Shown here: piece after piece, positions 9,201-17,896 of the stretch
Layout: each line of letters opens with the position of its first letter
Numbering within the stretch: position 1 is the first letter of the stretch
NCBI GenBank assembly: GCA_963840645.1
Contig: CAWIZL010000002.1
Coordinates: 273,663-337,662 of the forward strand
Source of the DNA: Candidatus Doudnabacteria bacterium
GTDB taxonomy: Bacteria > Patescibacteriota > Doudnabacteria > UBA920 > VMFF01
DNA length: 64,000 bases
Direction of reading: 5' to 3'
The notes under the pieces: model-generated
What the model saw: only the letters and a program-made list of their open reading frames with translations
Told to the model about the DNA's origin: nothing
The model's database searches: none
Program-made: the position numbers and the translations under genes

Positions 9201-12200
9201 CAGAACGCAGCCATCACCGCAAACCGCACGTACACCCTGCCAGACCAGAGCGGCACGTTCGCGGTTGCGGCAACAGGGCCAGTGCAGCTTTCAGCTGCTG
9301 GCACCATCACGTGCCCAACCTGTCTCGTGTCAGCTGGCAGCATCTTCACGCTGGCTGCTACCTCTGGTTCAAGCTCCACAATCAACCAGGGTTCAACGGC
9401 GACCATAGCCCAGGGCACGAACATCACGACCACGAGCAATGGCTCAGGCCAGGTGACTGTGGCGACAGTTGCAAACCCAGCGTTTGCAACATCGGTGACC
9501 ACGCCGCTCGGCATTGGCTCGACCAGCGCCAACGGCACGCTGACGCTCCAGGGCAACTCGGCGACCTCGGGCAACACTGGCACGAATGCAGCCATCAGCC
9601 TGAACGTGGGTAACTCTGGCGCCACGAATGCGCTCACAGCCCTCAATAACGGCGACGTCGGCGTTGGCACAAGTTCTCCGTCAGCACTGTTCTCGGTGGG
9701 CAGTGGCTCGCCGCTCCAGGTGGATAGCTCAGGCAACCTCTCAACATCGGGAAATATTTCGACTAGTGGATCAGGTACCACAACTTCAGCAGGCCTCTTG
9801 ACTGGCCAAGCTGGCCTCACGGTCACAGGTGCTGCCACGAATCTGAATGTTTCTTCAAACTTTGGGACAAACATCAACACTGGCAGCTCGAACGGTGCTG
9901 TCTCCATCGGCAACTCGTCAGCGGGGGCAGTCGCCATTGCCTCAGGCGCAGCCTCATCGTTTACGGTCACCTCAGCTGGCCTAACCCTCCAGACGGCGAC
10001 CTCGGGCACGCTCGCCGTTACCTCAGCTGGCGCACTGAACCTGACTGGGGCAGCAGCCTCGACGCTCGCGCTTCCGTCAAACACCGCGAACGCCCTGAAG
10101 GTGACTGACGGTACGAACGGCTACCTGACCTTGGACACGAGGACTACACACAGTGGCTCTTCGGCTTTGACGTTCGCCGTTGGCACGGCGCCGACCATTG
10201 CCTCAGCCTCAGGTGCCCAGTACATTGGCACCACCAGCACCCCGGGCACGTTCAACTTTACTGGTACAACGTCTCTGACTGGCACAGGCACAGGGGCAAC
10301 CATTGGATCGCTCTTCAACCAGCCCACGGTGAATGGCAACAACACGTTCACGGTTGCCGAAACAGACAACGTGCTGGTGAGCGGCCCAGCTAAGGCCACG
10401 TCGTCATCTGGCACAGAAACCATAACGAACGCGTACGGCCTCAACGTCCTCGCTGGCGCTGCCCTCAACGGTTCTGGCGGAGCAGTCACGAACGCGTACG
10501 GCCTCTCGGTGAACGCGCCGACTGGCGCCTCGGGCAACTACGCTGCTGTGTTCCAGGGTGGCAACGTCGGCATTGGGACGGCAACGCCAGCAGCACTCCT
10601 GTCGGTTGGTTCTGGCTCGCCGTTCCAGGTGAATGGCTCGGGCACCATTACCGGTGCATCGCAAACCCTCACGGCAACAACCAACCAGCTCACGCTCGGC
10701 ACAACGAACACCACCACCATCAGCGCCACGGCACCAGCAGCATCCCGTACGTACACCATTCCCGACGATTCGGCAGCGAGCGTGAACTTCGTGCTCGCGC
10801 CGACCTCTTCAACAGCCACGCAGGCGCTCTTCGCCACGACTACTTCAGGCTCGCCAGCATACCGCGCCATTGCAACCACAGATTTACCAAGCTCAGTGGT
10901 CACCGCCATCACCAACGGCACGAACGTGACAGGCAGCATCTCGGGGCAGACGCTCACCCTCGGCTTCACTGGACAGCTCGGCGTGGGGTCTGGCGGCACG
11001 GGCGCGGTCAGCATTACAGGTCTCGTCAAGGGCAACGGTGGGTCAACGCCATTCTCGGCAGCTGTACCTGGCACAGACTACCAGGTGCCGCTCACGTTCT
11101 CGTCTGGCCTCACGAACACCTCGAACACGGTCACCAATAACCTCAGCACAGGTATCAGCGGCAACCAGACCGTGCTCGGCTCGACCTCTGCCAACGGCAC
11201 GCTGACCCTCCAGGGCGACTCGGCGAGCGGCGGCAACACGGGGACGAACGTTAACGTGCAGTTCAATGTCAGCGACTCGGGCAGCACCACGGCCCTCGCC
11301 ATCACCAACAACGGCGATGTGGGCATCGGTACCTCAACCCCAACCGCAGCCGGTCTCGTCGTTGCCACAGCTGGGGCTGCCTCGCTCTCGGGCGAGGACG
11401 TTACCGGTGCCTGGTTCACCGTGGGCGGCAACGCGACCACTACGAAGCCGCAGCTCTTGGTTGAGCCAGCGGGCACAACTTCGGCCGCTTGGTCGACCTC
11501 AGGCACAGGCCTCGGCGTAAACGCTGGTTCCAGCTTTACGGGCAACCTAGTCGATCTCCAGGTTGGCGGCACGAGCGAGTTCACGGTGAACGCCTCAGGC
11601 GATGTCACGAACGGTACGTGGCAGGGTCAGGCAATCGGGGCGTCCTACGGTGGCATGGTTTACCCTGGCTCGGGCATTCCGAACTCAACTGGATCGGCTT
11701 GGGGTACGTCGTACACGACCACGGGTGGAGGCACGATCTTAGCTCTGAGGAACTCGCCGACTTTCGCAACCCAGGTCACTGACCCACTGCTCATTGGTGC
11801 GGCCGCGGCCAACGGCACCCTGACGTTCGAGGGCAACTCGGCGACTTCGGGCAACACGGGCACGAACTCGGCTATCAGTTTCAACGTTGGGAATTCGGCG
11901 AGCACGAATGCAATCACGATACTCAACAACGGCGACGTGGGAGTTGGCACGGCCACAGCGGGCGCAAACCTCGACGTCGAGTCCACGACGACCTCGGGCA
12001 CCATCATCCAGGGCGCCGCCCCCTCCGCGGTCACCCTCGCCGGCACGCTCACCGGCCTGAACCTGAACCTCTCGACCAACGTGACGGCCACGGGCGAGTC
12101 GGTCACCGGCGCCGCCGTCACCCTGCCCGCGGTCACCAACACGGGGGCATCCACGTACACGTACAACGGCCTCTCGGTCACCGGCAGCGCCATCGTCCAG

Positions 12201-12485
12201 AACACGGGCGCCGGCACCGACAACTGGAACGGCTTCGCCATCGCCATGCCGAACCAGACCCAGACCACCGGCACGGTCACCTCGACCGGCATCGCCATCA
12301 CCGGCGGCACGGTGACGTCCGGCACGGCGTACGCGCTGACCACGTCGCTCTCGGCCGGCGCCGTCGGCTTCGGCACCACGGCCCGGGCGCCCGCCTCGAC
12401 GTCGAGTCCACGACGACCTCGGGCACCATCATCCAGGGCGCCGCCCCCTCCGCGGTCACCCTCGCCGGCACGCTCACCGGCCTGA
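6177..12485 (+). CDS. Giant surface protein, central fragment (2102 aa; Thr/Ser/Gly/Asn-rich, tail-fibre-like beta-repeats)
   Basis: Uninterrupted 6.3-kb ORF. A recurring ~70-aa module ..ANGTLTLQGNSATSGNTGTNAAISLNVGNSGATNALTALNNGDVGVGTSSP.. occurs 3 times. The GNVGIGT..P motif is typical of tail-fibre/adhesin proteins. Confidence 0.8.
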   Translation: MVFTGSVTGLPSGSSSLISTTTPQLTAGYDTAHEWSASTNSAGETTFTPSVDSASAFTFTSSNGTPLISVNTSGNVLTASGNVTLSSATPVVDSPNGTLDINTVTNQPVTFGTGTITSNGAVAISENADAGNGHTSTGLNVNITDNTTGSGAYTGLAVTATGSGVGTGSKYLLDLTPTNASNEVVFDNSGSLHPTASLSSNTASIGSPSDYFKNGYFDTITANNIQGTVVSTSTSSTSWTIGSTQTGDVNESVIFQRDSGLNNAELQWNAGSGDQRYLGVNYPFNATYTISNSSIGTTANLYSGTLTNNTTSGTQNLLSLTNAGTGTTASGIYLNNTGTGTTALDIAGTWTNGIVTNGNSISAGSGSISAANITLSGLTANTFVYSGAGGAITATSAPTNGQVLIGSTGTAPVAAALNTGNNILITDGAGSITVATVNNPVFSTSVTTPLLTSTATLTVDSGSGSPLDIGPANASAVNIAQLGVATNVLGSLAVTSNVTGGTYNTATISGGTLSGGSLTATTVNGVTTANILTTGTAFSGDLTGTYNALTLNTVNTNTGSFGSSTAIPTFTVNGKGLITAAGTAAVVAPAGTLTGTTLASNVVSSSLTSVGTIGTGTWQGTPVALQYGGTNANLTASNGGIFYSTGSAGAILSGTATPNQVLLSGSTAAPSWSTATYPATTTANQILYSSSANTLAGLATAASGVLVTSSGGAPSISSTLPAAVQGNITQVGNVAGGTYNGNTITTGTGTLTLNANTLTVSGTSNINQDVTTTASPTFAGATLSGQTTSQGILLTSSAGAISETAQGAANQVLTGQAGSTPTFENISALLSAGNDIQAISGATPTIAVSTTPTFTSVNGLAITNNGTNTLNIAAGKTLTVNNSLAFSGTDGTTFTFPGSSDTVATLGATQTLTSKTLTTPRIGTSILDANGNTILGLTATTSANNSITLANAANGSNPNISVVAGSDANAGLNLTTKGTGSFNVNSTTANSATIAIAPQAGASDSATIQNAAITANRTYTLPDQSGTFAVAATGPVQLSAAGTITCPTCLVSAGSIFTLAATSGSSSTINQGSTATIAQGTNITTTSNGSGQVTVATVANPAFATSVTTPLGIGSTSANGTLTLQGNSATSGNTGTNAAISLNVGNSGATNALTALNNGDVGVGTSSPSALFSVGSGSPLQVDSSGNLSTSGNISTSGSGTTTSAGLLTGQAGLTVTGAATNLNVSSNFGTNINTGSSNGAVSIGNSSAGAVAIASGAASSFTVTSAGLTLQTATSGTLAVTSAGALNLTGAAASTLALPSNTANALKVTDGTNGYLTLDTRTTHSGSSALTFAVGTAPTIASASGAQYIGTTSTPGTFNFTGTTSLTGTGTGATIGSLFNQPTVNGNNTFTVAETDNVLVSGPAKATSSSGTETITNAYGLNVLAGAALNGSGGAVTNAYGLSVNAPTGASGNYAAVFQGGNVGIGTATPAALLSVGSGSPFQVNGSGTITGASQTLTATTNQLTLGTTNTTTISATAPAASRTYTIPDDSAASVNFVLAPTSSTATQALFATTTSGSPAYRAIATTDLPSSVVTAITNGTNVTGSISGQTLTLGFTGQLGVGSGGTGAVSITGLVKGNGGSTPFSAAVPGTDYQVPLTFSSGLTNTSNTVTNNLSTGISGNQTVLGSTSANGTLTLQGDSASGGNTGTNVNVQFNVSDSGSTTALAITNNGDVGIGTSTPTAAGLVVATAGAASLSGEDVTGAWFTVGGNATTTKPQLLVEPAGTTSAAWSTSGTGLGVNAGSSFTGNLVDLQVGGTSEFTVNASGDVTNGTWQGQAIGASYGGMVYPGSGIPNSTGSAWGTSYTTTGGGTILALRNSPTFATQVTDPLLIGAAAANGTLTFEGNSATSGNTGTNSAISFNVGNSASTNAITILNNGDVGVGTATAGANLDVESTTTSGTIIQGAAPSAVTLAGTLTGLNLNLSTNVTATGESVTGAAVTLPAVTNTGASTYTYNGLSVTGSAIVQNTGAGTDNWNGFAIAMPNQTQTTGTVTSTGIAITGGTVTSGTAYALTTSLSAGAVGFGTTARAPASTSSPRRPRAPSSRAPPPPRSPSPARSPA

Positions 12486-13670
12486 ACCTGAACCTCTCGA
12501 CCAACGTGACGGCCACGGGCGAGTCGGTCACCGGCGCCGCCGTCACCCTGCCCGCGGTCACCAACACGGGGGCATCCACGTACACGTACAAGGGCCTCTC
12601 GGTCACCGGCAGCGCCATCGTCCAGAACACGGGCGCCGGCACCGACAACTGGAACGGCTTCGCCATCGCCATGCCGAACCAGACCCAGACCACCGGCACG
12701 GTCACCTCGACCGGCATCGCCATCACCGGCGGCACGGTGACGTCCGGCACGGCGTACGCGCTGACCACGTCGCTCTCGGCCGGCGCCGTCGGCTTCGGCA
12801 CCACGGCCCGGGCGCCCGCCTCGACGTCGAGTCCACGACGACCTCGGGCACCATCATCCAGGGCGCCGCCCCCTCCGCGGTCACCCTCGCCGGCACGCTC
12901 ACCGGCCTGAACCTGAACCTCTCGACCAACGTGACGGCCACGGGCGAGTCGGTCACCGGCGCCGCCGTCACCCTGCCCGCGGTCACCAACACGGGGGCAT
13001 CCACGTACACGTACAATCGCTCTCGGTCACCGGCAGCGCCATCGTCCAGAACACGGGCGCCGGCACCGACAACTGGAACGGCTTCGCCATCGCCATGCCG
13101 AACCAGACCCAGACCACCGGCACGGTCACCTCGACCGGCATCGCCATCACCGGCGGCACGGTGACGTCCGGCACGGCGTACGCGCTGACCACGTCGCTCT
13201 CGGCCGGCGCCGTCGGCTTCGGCACCACGGCCCCGGGCGCCCGCCTCGACGTCGAGTCCACGACGACCTCGGGCACCATCATCCAGGGCGCCGCCCCCTC
13301 CGCGGTCACCCTCGCCGGCACGCTCACCGGCCTGAACCTGAACCTCTCGACCAACGTGACGGCCATGGGCGAGTCGGTCACCGGCGCCGCCGTCACCCTG
13401 CCCGCGGTCACCAACACGGGGGCATCCACGTACACGTACAATGGCTTCTCGGTCACCGGCAGCGCCATCGTCCAGAACACGGGCGCCGGCACCGACAACT
13501 GGAACGGCTTCGCCATCGCCATGCCGAACCAGACCCAGACCACCGGCACGGTCACCTCGACCGGCATCGCCATCACCGGCGGCACGGTGACGTCCGGCAC
13601 GGCGTACGCGCTGACCACGTCGTCGTCTGCTGGCAACGTTGGTTTTGGAACAACCACACCACTGGCAGCC
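11968..13670 (+). repeat. Four near-identical tandem copies of a 426-bp (142-codon) unit inside the giant gene
   Basis: TCGACGTCGAGTCCACG recurs at 11971, 12396, 12821 and 13246, giving an observed period of 425. Only the third junction has ACGGCCCCGGG and stays in frame; the first two have ACGGCCCGGG. Track ORFs 12506..12910 and 12931..13164 are repeat fragments. Confidence 0.9.
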
Positions 13671-15656
13671 CTCGACGTGAACGGATCCATTGTTCAAACC
13701 TCTGCTGTCTTTGCCACAGAGACGTTGGCGACAGCTACCCAAACGGGCGGTTGCTCTGGCGTGGGCACCACGATCACGACTACGCAGGCAGTGTTCCAGG
13801 ACAACACGCACGTGCCGCTGACCTCTCAGATTTACTACAACACGACCAGCGGCAAGCTGCTCCACGCCACGATCAACGCAGTGGTAACCTGCACTGACGG
13901 CAGCTCGAACAAGTGGTACGTGCTCACGCTCGGCAATGCAGTGGCATCGCAGGCTGCCACAGACACCGCAACCCTGTACACGCCAGCGGGCAACCTCGGC
14001 AACGCAACGTCTGGCTTCACGAACAACCTGTACGCGGTAAACGGCCACTTCGTGACAGCTACAACGAGCGGCGGCTTCGACATTGCAGAACAGTACCAAA
14101 CAGCTGATGCAACCATGGGCGCTGGGGACGTGGTGAGCGTTGATCCTGCGAACGCTGACTACGTTGCAAAGTCTGGAACCGGATACGACAGCAGCACCAT
14201 TGGCGTTGTATCAACGACACCTGGTTTGACGCTCGGTGCAAACCTCGGCAGCACGTGGCAGAAAGTTGCGCTGACTGGGCGCGTGCCTGTGCTCGTGAGC
14301 GATGAGAACGGTGTACCTGAGCCTGGCGATTTCCTGACTTCATCTGCGAGCTTGCCTGGCTACGCCATGAAGGCAACGCGATCTGGGAAGGTGATTGGCG
14401 AGGTGCTTGACTCGTGGGCAGCTGGCGAGCAGCAGACGCAAAATGTGAATGGCCTGACCATTCATACTGAAAACCTGGACGTTGACCTGCACGTTGGGTG
14501 GGAAAATATTGGCAACACGTTTGTGATGGGTGAACAGGATCCTGTTGCCGCACTGGCGAGCACGCAGCAGAGCACTGGCAGTGGCGCCGCTGGCCTGGAC
14601 GCCTCACCAGACTCTGACACGTTCATCATCCGCCAGAACTTGGCGACTGGTGCGCCGCTGGCTGACATCCTGCAGCTGCAGTCTGGCAGTGTCACGCGCC
14701 TGATGGTTGCATCGTCTGGTGCGACCACCATAAACGCGAGCGTGGCTGATACGAGCGCCAACGTGTTTGCCATCAGCAACAACGGCACGAGCGACTTCAC
14801 CATAAGCGCGAGCGGCAACGTGTTTGTTGCAGGCACGCTGGTCGTGCAGCAGGACATTGCCAGCTTGGGCGAGGTGCTGGGCAGCACGGCAATCTTGGCG
14901 CAGAACGCTGACACAGCTGCGCTGCACCAGGGCGAGGTGGTAATGCTGAGCGGTGCTACGGCAACGCCGGTTGTTGGCAGTAATCCTACTATTACCGTGG
15001 TGGCTGCTGTTGCGCCTTCGGGCAGTTCTCCTGCCGAGCCCGTGGTAATTGGAGTTGTGGATCGTAACCTGTCTGAGTTCAACATTCCAGGTGCGCCAGC
15101 TGCATCTGGCTCGGACGTGACTGTGGTTGCGCCGGGCGAGTACGCTGATGTGGTGACAGCTGGCACGTACGCTGACCTCGACGTTGATGCGAGCTCTGCT
15201 GCAATCAGCGTTGGCGACCGCCTGACAATTTCCTCTCATGCCGGCTACGTCCGCAAGCTGGTGTTGCCTGCAGACGCTGGCATGCCAGTGGTGGGTGTTG
15301 CCCTCGATGCCCTGGCAAGTGGCACTGGCCACGTGCGCGTGTTGCTGACGCTCGGAGCTGGCGCAGGCTTTGGTGGCAGCGGTGCGAGCGGTAGCTCTTC
15401 GACCGGCACATCTGGCACGCAGGGTCTGGATCCATCAACGTACGGACAGGGTTTTGGCTGGGCACCTGGCCAGACTGGATCAAGCTCTCCAACGCCAGCG
15501 CCGACCGATGCGCTAGTCCCGACCACAACCCCTACACCTTCACCGACCGATGTCCCTACGCCAACGGATACACCTGCCCCAACCGTGTGCCCAACCCCAA
15601 CGCCAGCTGCAGCGCCAACGCCCGTGCCTACCGATACGCCAGCAGCAGGTCAGTAG
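13095..15656 (+). CDS. Giant surface protein, C-terminal fragment (last repeat, tailspike/peptidase-G2-like region, Pro/Thr-rich tail)
   Basis: The segment GFDIAEQYQTADATMGAGDVVSVDP..YDSSTIGVVSTTPGLTLG resembles the C-terminal autochaperone regions of tail spikes. The protein ends PTPAPTDALVPTTTPTPSPTDVPTPTDTPAPT. Confidence 0.75.
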   Translation: MPNQTQTTGTVTSTGIAITGGTVTSGTAYALTTSLSAGAVGFGTTAPGARLDVESTTTSGTIIQGAAPSAVTLAGTLTGLNLNLSTNVTAMGESVTGAAVTLPAVTNTGASTYTYNGFSVTGSAIVQNTGAGTDNWNGFAIAMPNQTQTTGTVTSTGIAITGGTVTSGTAYALTTSSSAGNVGFGTTTPLAALDVNGSIVQTSAVFATETLATATQTGGCSGVGTTITTTQAVFQDNTHVPLTSQIYYNTTSGKLLHATINAVVTCTDGSSNKWYVLTLGNAVASQAATDTATLYTPAGNLGNATSGFTNNLYAVNGHFVTATTSGGFDIAEQYQTADATMGAGDVVSVDPANADYVAKSGTGYDSSTIGVVSTTPGLTLGANLGSTWQKVALTGRVPVLVSDENGVPEPGDFLTSSASLPGYAMKATRSGKVIGEVLDSWAAGEQQTQNVNGLTIHTENLDVDLHVGWENIGNTFVMGEQDPVAALASTQQSTGSGAAGLDASPDSDTFIIRQNLATGAPLADILQLQSGSVTRLMVASSGATTINASVADTSANVFAISNNGTSDFTISASGNVFVAGTLVVQQDIASLGEVLGSTAILAQNADTAALHQGEVVMLSGATATPVVGSNPTITVVAAVAPSGSSPAEPVVIGVVDRNLSEFNIPGAPAASGSDVTVVAPGEYADVVTAGTYADLDVDASSAAISVGDRLTISSHAGYVRKLVLPADAGMPVVGVALDALASGTGHVRVLLTLGAGAGFGGSGASGSSSTGTSGTQGLDPSTYGQGFGWAPGQTGSSSPTPAPTDALVPTTTPTPSPTDVPTPTDTPAPTVCPTPTPAAAPTPVPTDTPAAGQ

Positions 15657-15677
15657 TCTACAAATGAAGCTTTTTCT

Positions 15678-15706
15678 TTGACATTAAAGGACTTTGAGGC
15701 TAACAT
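15678..15706 (+). promoter_or_regulatory. Sigma-70-type promoter
   Basis: TTGACA (15678-15683), a 17-nt spacer, then TAACAT (15701-15706). This argues that the track start at 15678 is not a start codon. Confidence 0.5.
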
Positions 15707-15776
15707 GAAGACGTACAGAGCACTCAGAAACCACTCTCTAAAACGCCGCAGTTCACGCGTGCCTTTCCAGAATAAA

Positions 15777-16415
15777 ATGAAACAAACGTTTGCTAAAATT
15801 TTCGGTTCTACGGCTATTGTTGCTCTGCTGGCAGCGCAGTTTTCGTTTCCATCAATGGCTGCTAAGGCTTCCACCGGAGTTGCTATTTTGCCGCCTGCCG
15901 TGGCAGCCCTAGCCCATTCTGCCACAGTCTCACAGCTTTCCATTCACTCTGTATATATGAGTGGAGGTATTCAGACAGCGCTGCCTCTGCCAGTTGGCAC
16001 AGTCCAGTACGCTGGAAATGGCACGCTCATACAGGGTTCAGGTACAGAGGTGGACAGTATCTTGGGTGCCACTGTTGCAGTATCGGCGGCGAGCCAGCTT
16101 TCCGATGCTGGTGCGCTCTTGCTCGACACTGGTGCAAGTGGCGCACAGCGCACCATTGCCGTTGCCCCGCCCTTTTCACAAATCGCCATCAACGTTGTGG
16201 TACCTCTCGTTGCAGCAGGGCAGCTCCACTACACCAGCTTTGAGCCTACGCGCACTGGTTCAACAGCAGCCTTAGCTGTTGTTGAACAGCAACTTGATCT
16301 GCCTCAACCCGAGCTGCACATTTTTGCAGCGCGGTCTTTCACAGGCATCGCAGCACGGAAAGCACCACGACCGCAAGCCTTTCGTAGCGCATTAACTCTT
16401 AATTTGCTCTGTTAA
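15777..16415 (+). CDS. Secreted hypothetical protein (signal peptide)
   Basis: Internal ATG at 15777 gives MKQTFAKIFGSTAIVALLAAQFSFPSMAAKA. The track ORF 15678..16415 is trimmed because of the promoter above. Confidence 0.55.
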   Translation: MKQTFAKIFGSTAIVALLAAQFSFPSMAAKASTGVAILPPAVAALAHSATVSQLSIHSVYMSGGIQTALPLPVGTVQYAGNGTLIQGSGTEVDSILGATVAVSAASQLSDAGALLLDTGASGAQRTIAVAPPFSQIAINVVVPLVAAGQLHYTSFEPTRTGSTAALAVVEQQLDLPQPELHIFAARSFTGIAARKAPRPQAFRSALTLNLLC

Positions 16416-16493
16416 AATTTAATGAACTGATTAAGTTAACGGGTTAATGAAGCAGTTAATGAATAAATAATTACTAGCGAAAGGTAAACTTAC

Positions 16494-17169
16494 ATGCAGG
16501 TACCAGTTCAGCAAAACCAGTCACAGCCAATACCCAGCAAACCAAACCCAGTGTACTCGCCAATGGCTGAGCCAAGCCAGAGCCCAAGCCAGAGCCAAGT
16601 GACACAGCGCAGCAGCAAGACCCCGTGGATCGTCCTCATCGTCGTGGTCATTCTCGCGCTCGGCGCGCTCGGCTACCTGTTGTTCCGCGGCAAGTTCATG
16701 AAGCAGAGCACGCAGGGGCTCTCAGGCTACCAGGCAGTGTTCCTTACAAATGGCCAGGTTTACTTTGGCAAACTGGGGTCAGGTAATTCGCAGTACGCGA
16801 CCCTCACCGATATTTTCTACCTCCAGGTGAACCAGCCACTCCAGTCTGGAACACAGACCGCGGCACAGCAGGCAGCTGCAGCAGCAGCTGCCCAGGCAAA
16901 CCCACAGCTCTCGCTCGTGAAGCTCGGCAACGAGCTGCACAGTGCCGCAAGATTTGATGTACATCAACCGTGACCAAATTTTGTTCTACGAGAACATGGA
17001 GGCGAGCGGCAAGGTGGCACAGGCAATTGCAACGTACAAGGCGGGCAGTGGCACTGGAAGCACAGGAGGCGTACAGGCTCCAGCCTCCAGCAGCTCACAG
17101 CTACAGAATCCTGCAACAACAGGTCAAGGCGCTGGCTCGAGTGTAGCAGCTCCAGCAGCTGGACAGTAA
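16494..17169 (+). CDS. Membrane-anchored hypothetical protein, split by a 1-nt indel near 16945
   Basis: ORFs 16494..16973 and 16942..17169 join as ..LVKLGNELH / PQDLMYINRDQILFYEN... One TM helix: WIVLIVVVILALGALGYLLF. Confidence 0.6.
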
Positions 17170-17202
17170 AAAGGGTTTCTAGATCTAGGGTCGAGCAAAA
17201 TA

Positions 17203-17228
17203 AAGAGCCACCGGTAAAGGTGGCTCTT
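17203..17228. terminator. Bidirectional hairpin between convergent genes
   Basis: AAGAGCCACC-GGTAAA-GGTGGCTCTT, a perfect 10-bp stem. Confidence 0.6.
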
Positions 17229-17252
17229 CGTTAAATTTTCTGTGCTGGCGAA

Positions 17253-17599
17253 CTACTTCACCACTTCTTGTACCAGCTGCGTAAACTTTTCTGGCATCTG
17301 GATGGCGAACTCTGCGAGCATCTTGCGGTTGATCTCAATTTTTTCTGCCTTGAGCATGCCAGCAAACTTGCTGTAGCTAATGCCATTGTCGCGGAGGGCA
17401 GCGTTGAGCCTGATGAGCCAGAGGGCCGCATGTCGCGCTTCTTGTTGCGGCGGTCACGGTACGCGTACTTGTCTGCGTGCAGCAGTGCCTCGCGCGCTGC
17501 CACAAAGTTTGTGCTGCGGCGGTTCTCAAAGCCCTTTGCGCGGGCAATGACGTTCTTTCTTCGCTTGAGTGCGGCAACGCCGCGCTTGATTCTTGTCAT
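17253..17599 (-). CDS. rplT: 50S ribosomal protein L20, with a 1-nt indel near 17425
   Basis: MTRIKRGVAALKRRKNVIARAKGF..YAYRDRRNKKRDMR, then after a shift at CGGCCCTC: LWLIRLNAALRDNGISYSKFAGMLKAEKIEINRKMLAE..QEVVK, with the stop at 17253. Confidence 0.85.
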
Positions 17600-17701
17600 G
17601 GGGGTCAGTAGTTAGTATGAATAGTTAGTAGTCGGATCCGCAAATTTCTCTTATCTATTGGTAGGCGCGATAGTAGTTTGGCTATTGAATACTCATACTA
17701 A
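17600..17701 (-). repeat. Structured intergenic element E1 (~100 nt), rpmI-rplT spacer
   Basis: A 14-bp perfect stem pairs AGTAGTTAGTATGA (17607-17620) with TCATACTAACTACT (17693-17706). The core contains GGATCCG and CTATTGGTAGGCG. Confidence 0.7.
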
Positions 17702-17896
17702 CTACTTGTAGGGGATGAGCTGTCCGAGCTTTGGGTTGGACTTCGTGAGGGTGTTGTCGCGGCGCTTGCGCGTGCCAACGTTGCCCGAGTTGCGAGAGTT
17801 GAAGTGGTCTTGGCCAGTGTGGCGAACCATTATTTTTCCAGTCCCTGTTTTCTTGAGGCGCTTTGCCGCGCCCTTGTGCGTCTTAATCTTTGGCAT
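17702..17896 (-). CDS. rpmI: 50S ribosomal protein L35
   Basis: MPKIKTHKGAAKRLKKTGTGKIMVRHTGQDHFN.. Confidence 0.95.
   Translation of the reverse strand: MPKIKTHKGAAKRLKKTGTGKIMVRHTGQDHFNSRNSGNVGTRKRRDNTLTKSNPKLGQLIPYK

Noticed and set aside
11968-13670. Regularly spaced repeats considered as a CRISPR array or satellite
   Set aside because: The period is 425/426 nt with no short repeat-spacer structure. The units are protein-coding in one continuous frame once homopolymer lengths are corrected.
6260-15528. Many long antisense ORFs across the giant gene (for example 7172..8098, 8102..10084, 12723..14099 and 14462..15166 on the minus strand) and alternative-frame plus-strand ORFs
   Set aside because: They mirror the codon periodicity of a GC-rich, stop-poor sense frame. 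Their translations are low-complexity Val/Pro/Ala/Arg strings. They fully overlap the far longer, motif-bearing plus-strand frame.
4856-15656. Tail-fibre and tailspike-like motifs as evidence for a prophage
   Set aside because: No capsid, terminase, portal, integrase or lysis cassette lies nearby. The gene has its own HTH-TM N-terminus and housekeeping flanks. I treat it as a cellular adhesin with phage-like folds.
17420-17432. Programmed ribosomal frameshifting in rplT, infC, argS or pcrA
   Set aside because: No slippery heptamer or stimulatory structure is present. Several of the sites are short G or C runs, and the phenomenon hits many unrelated genes. Consensus indel error is more likely.
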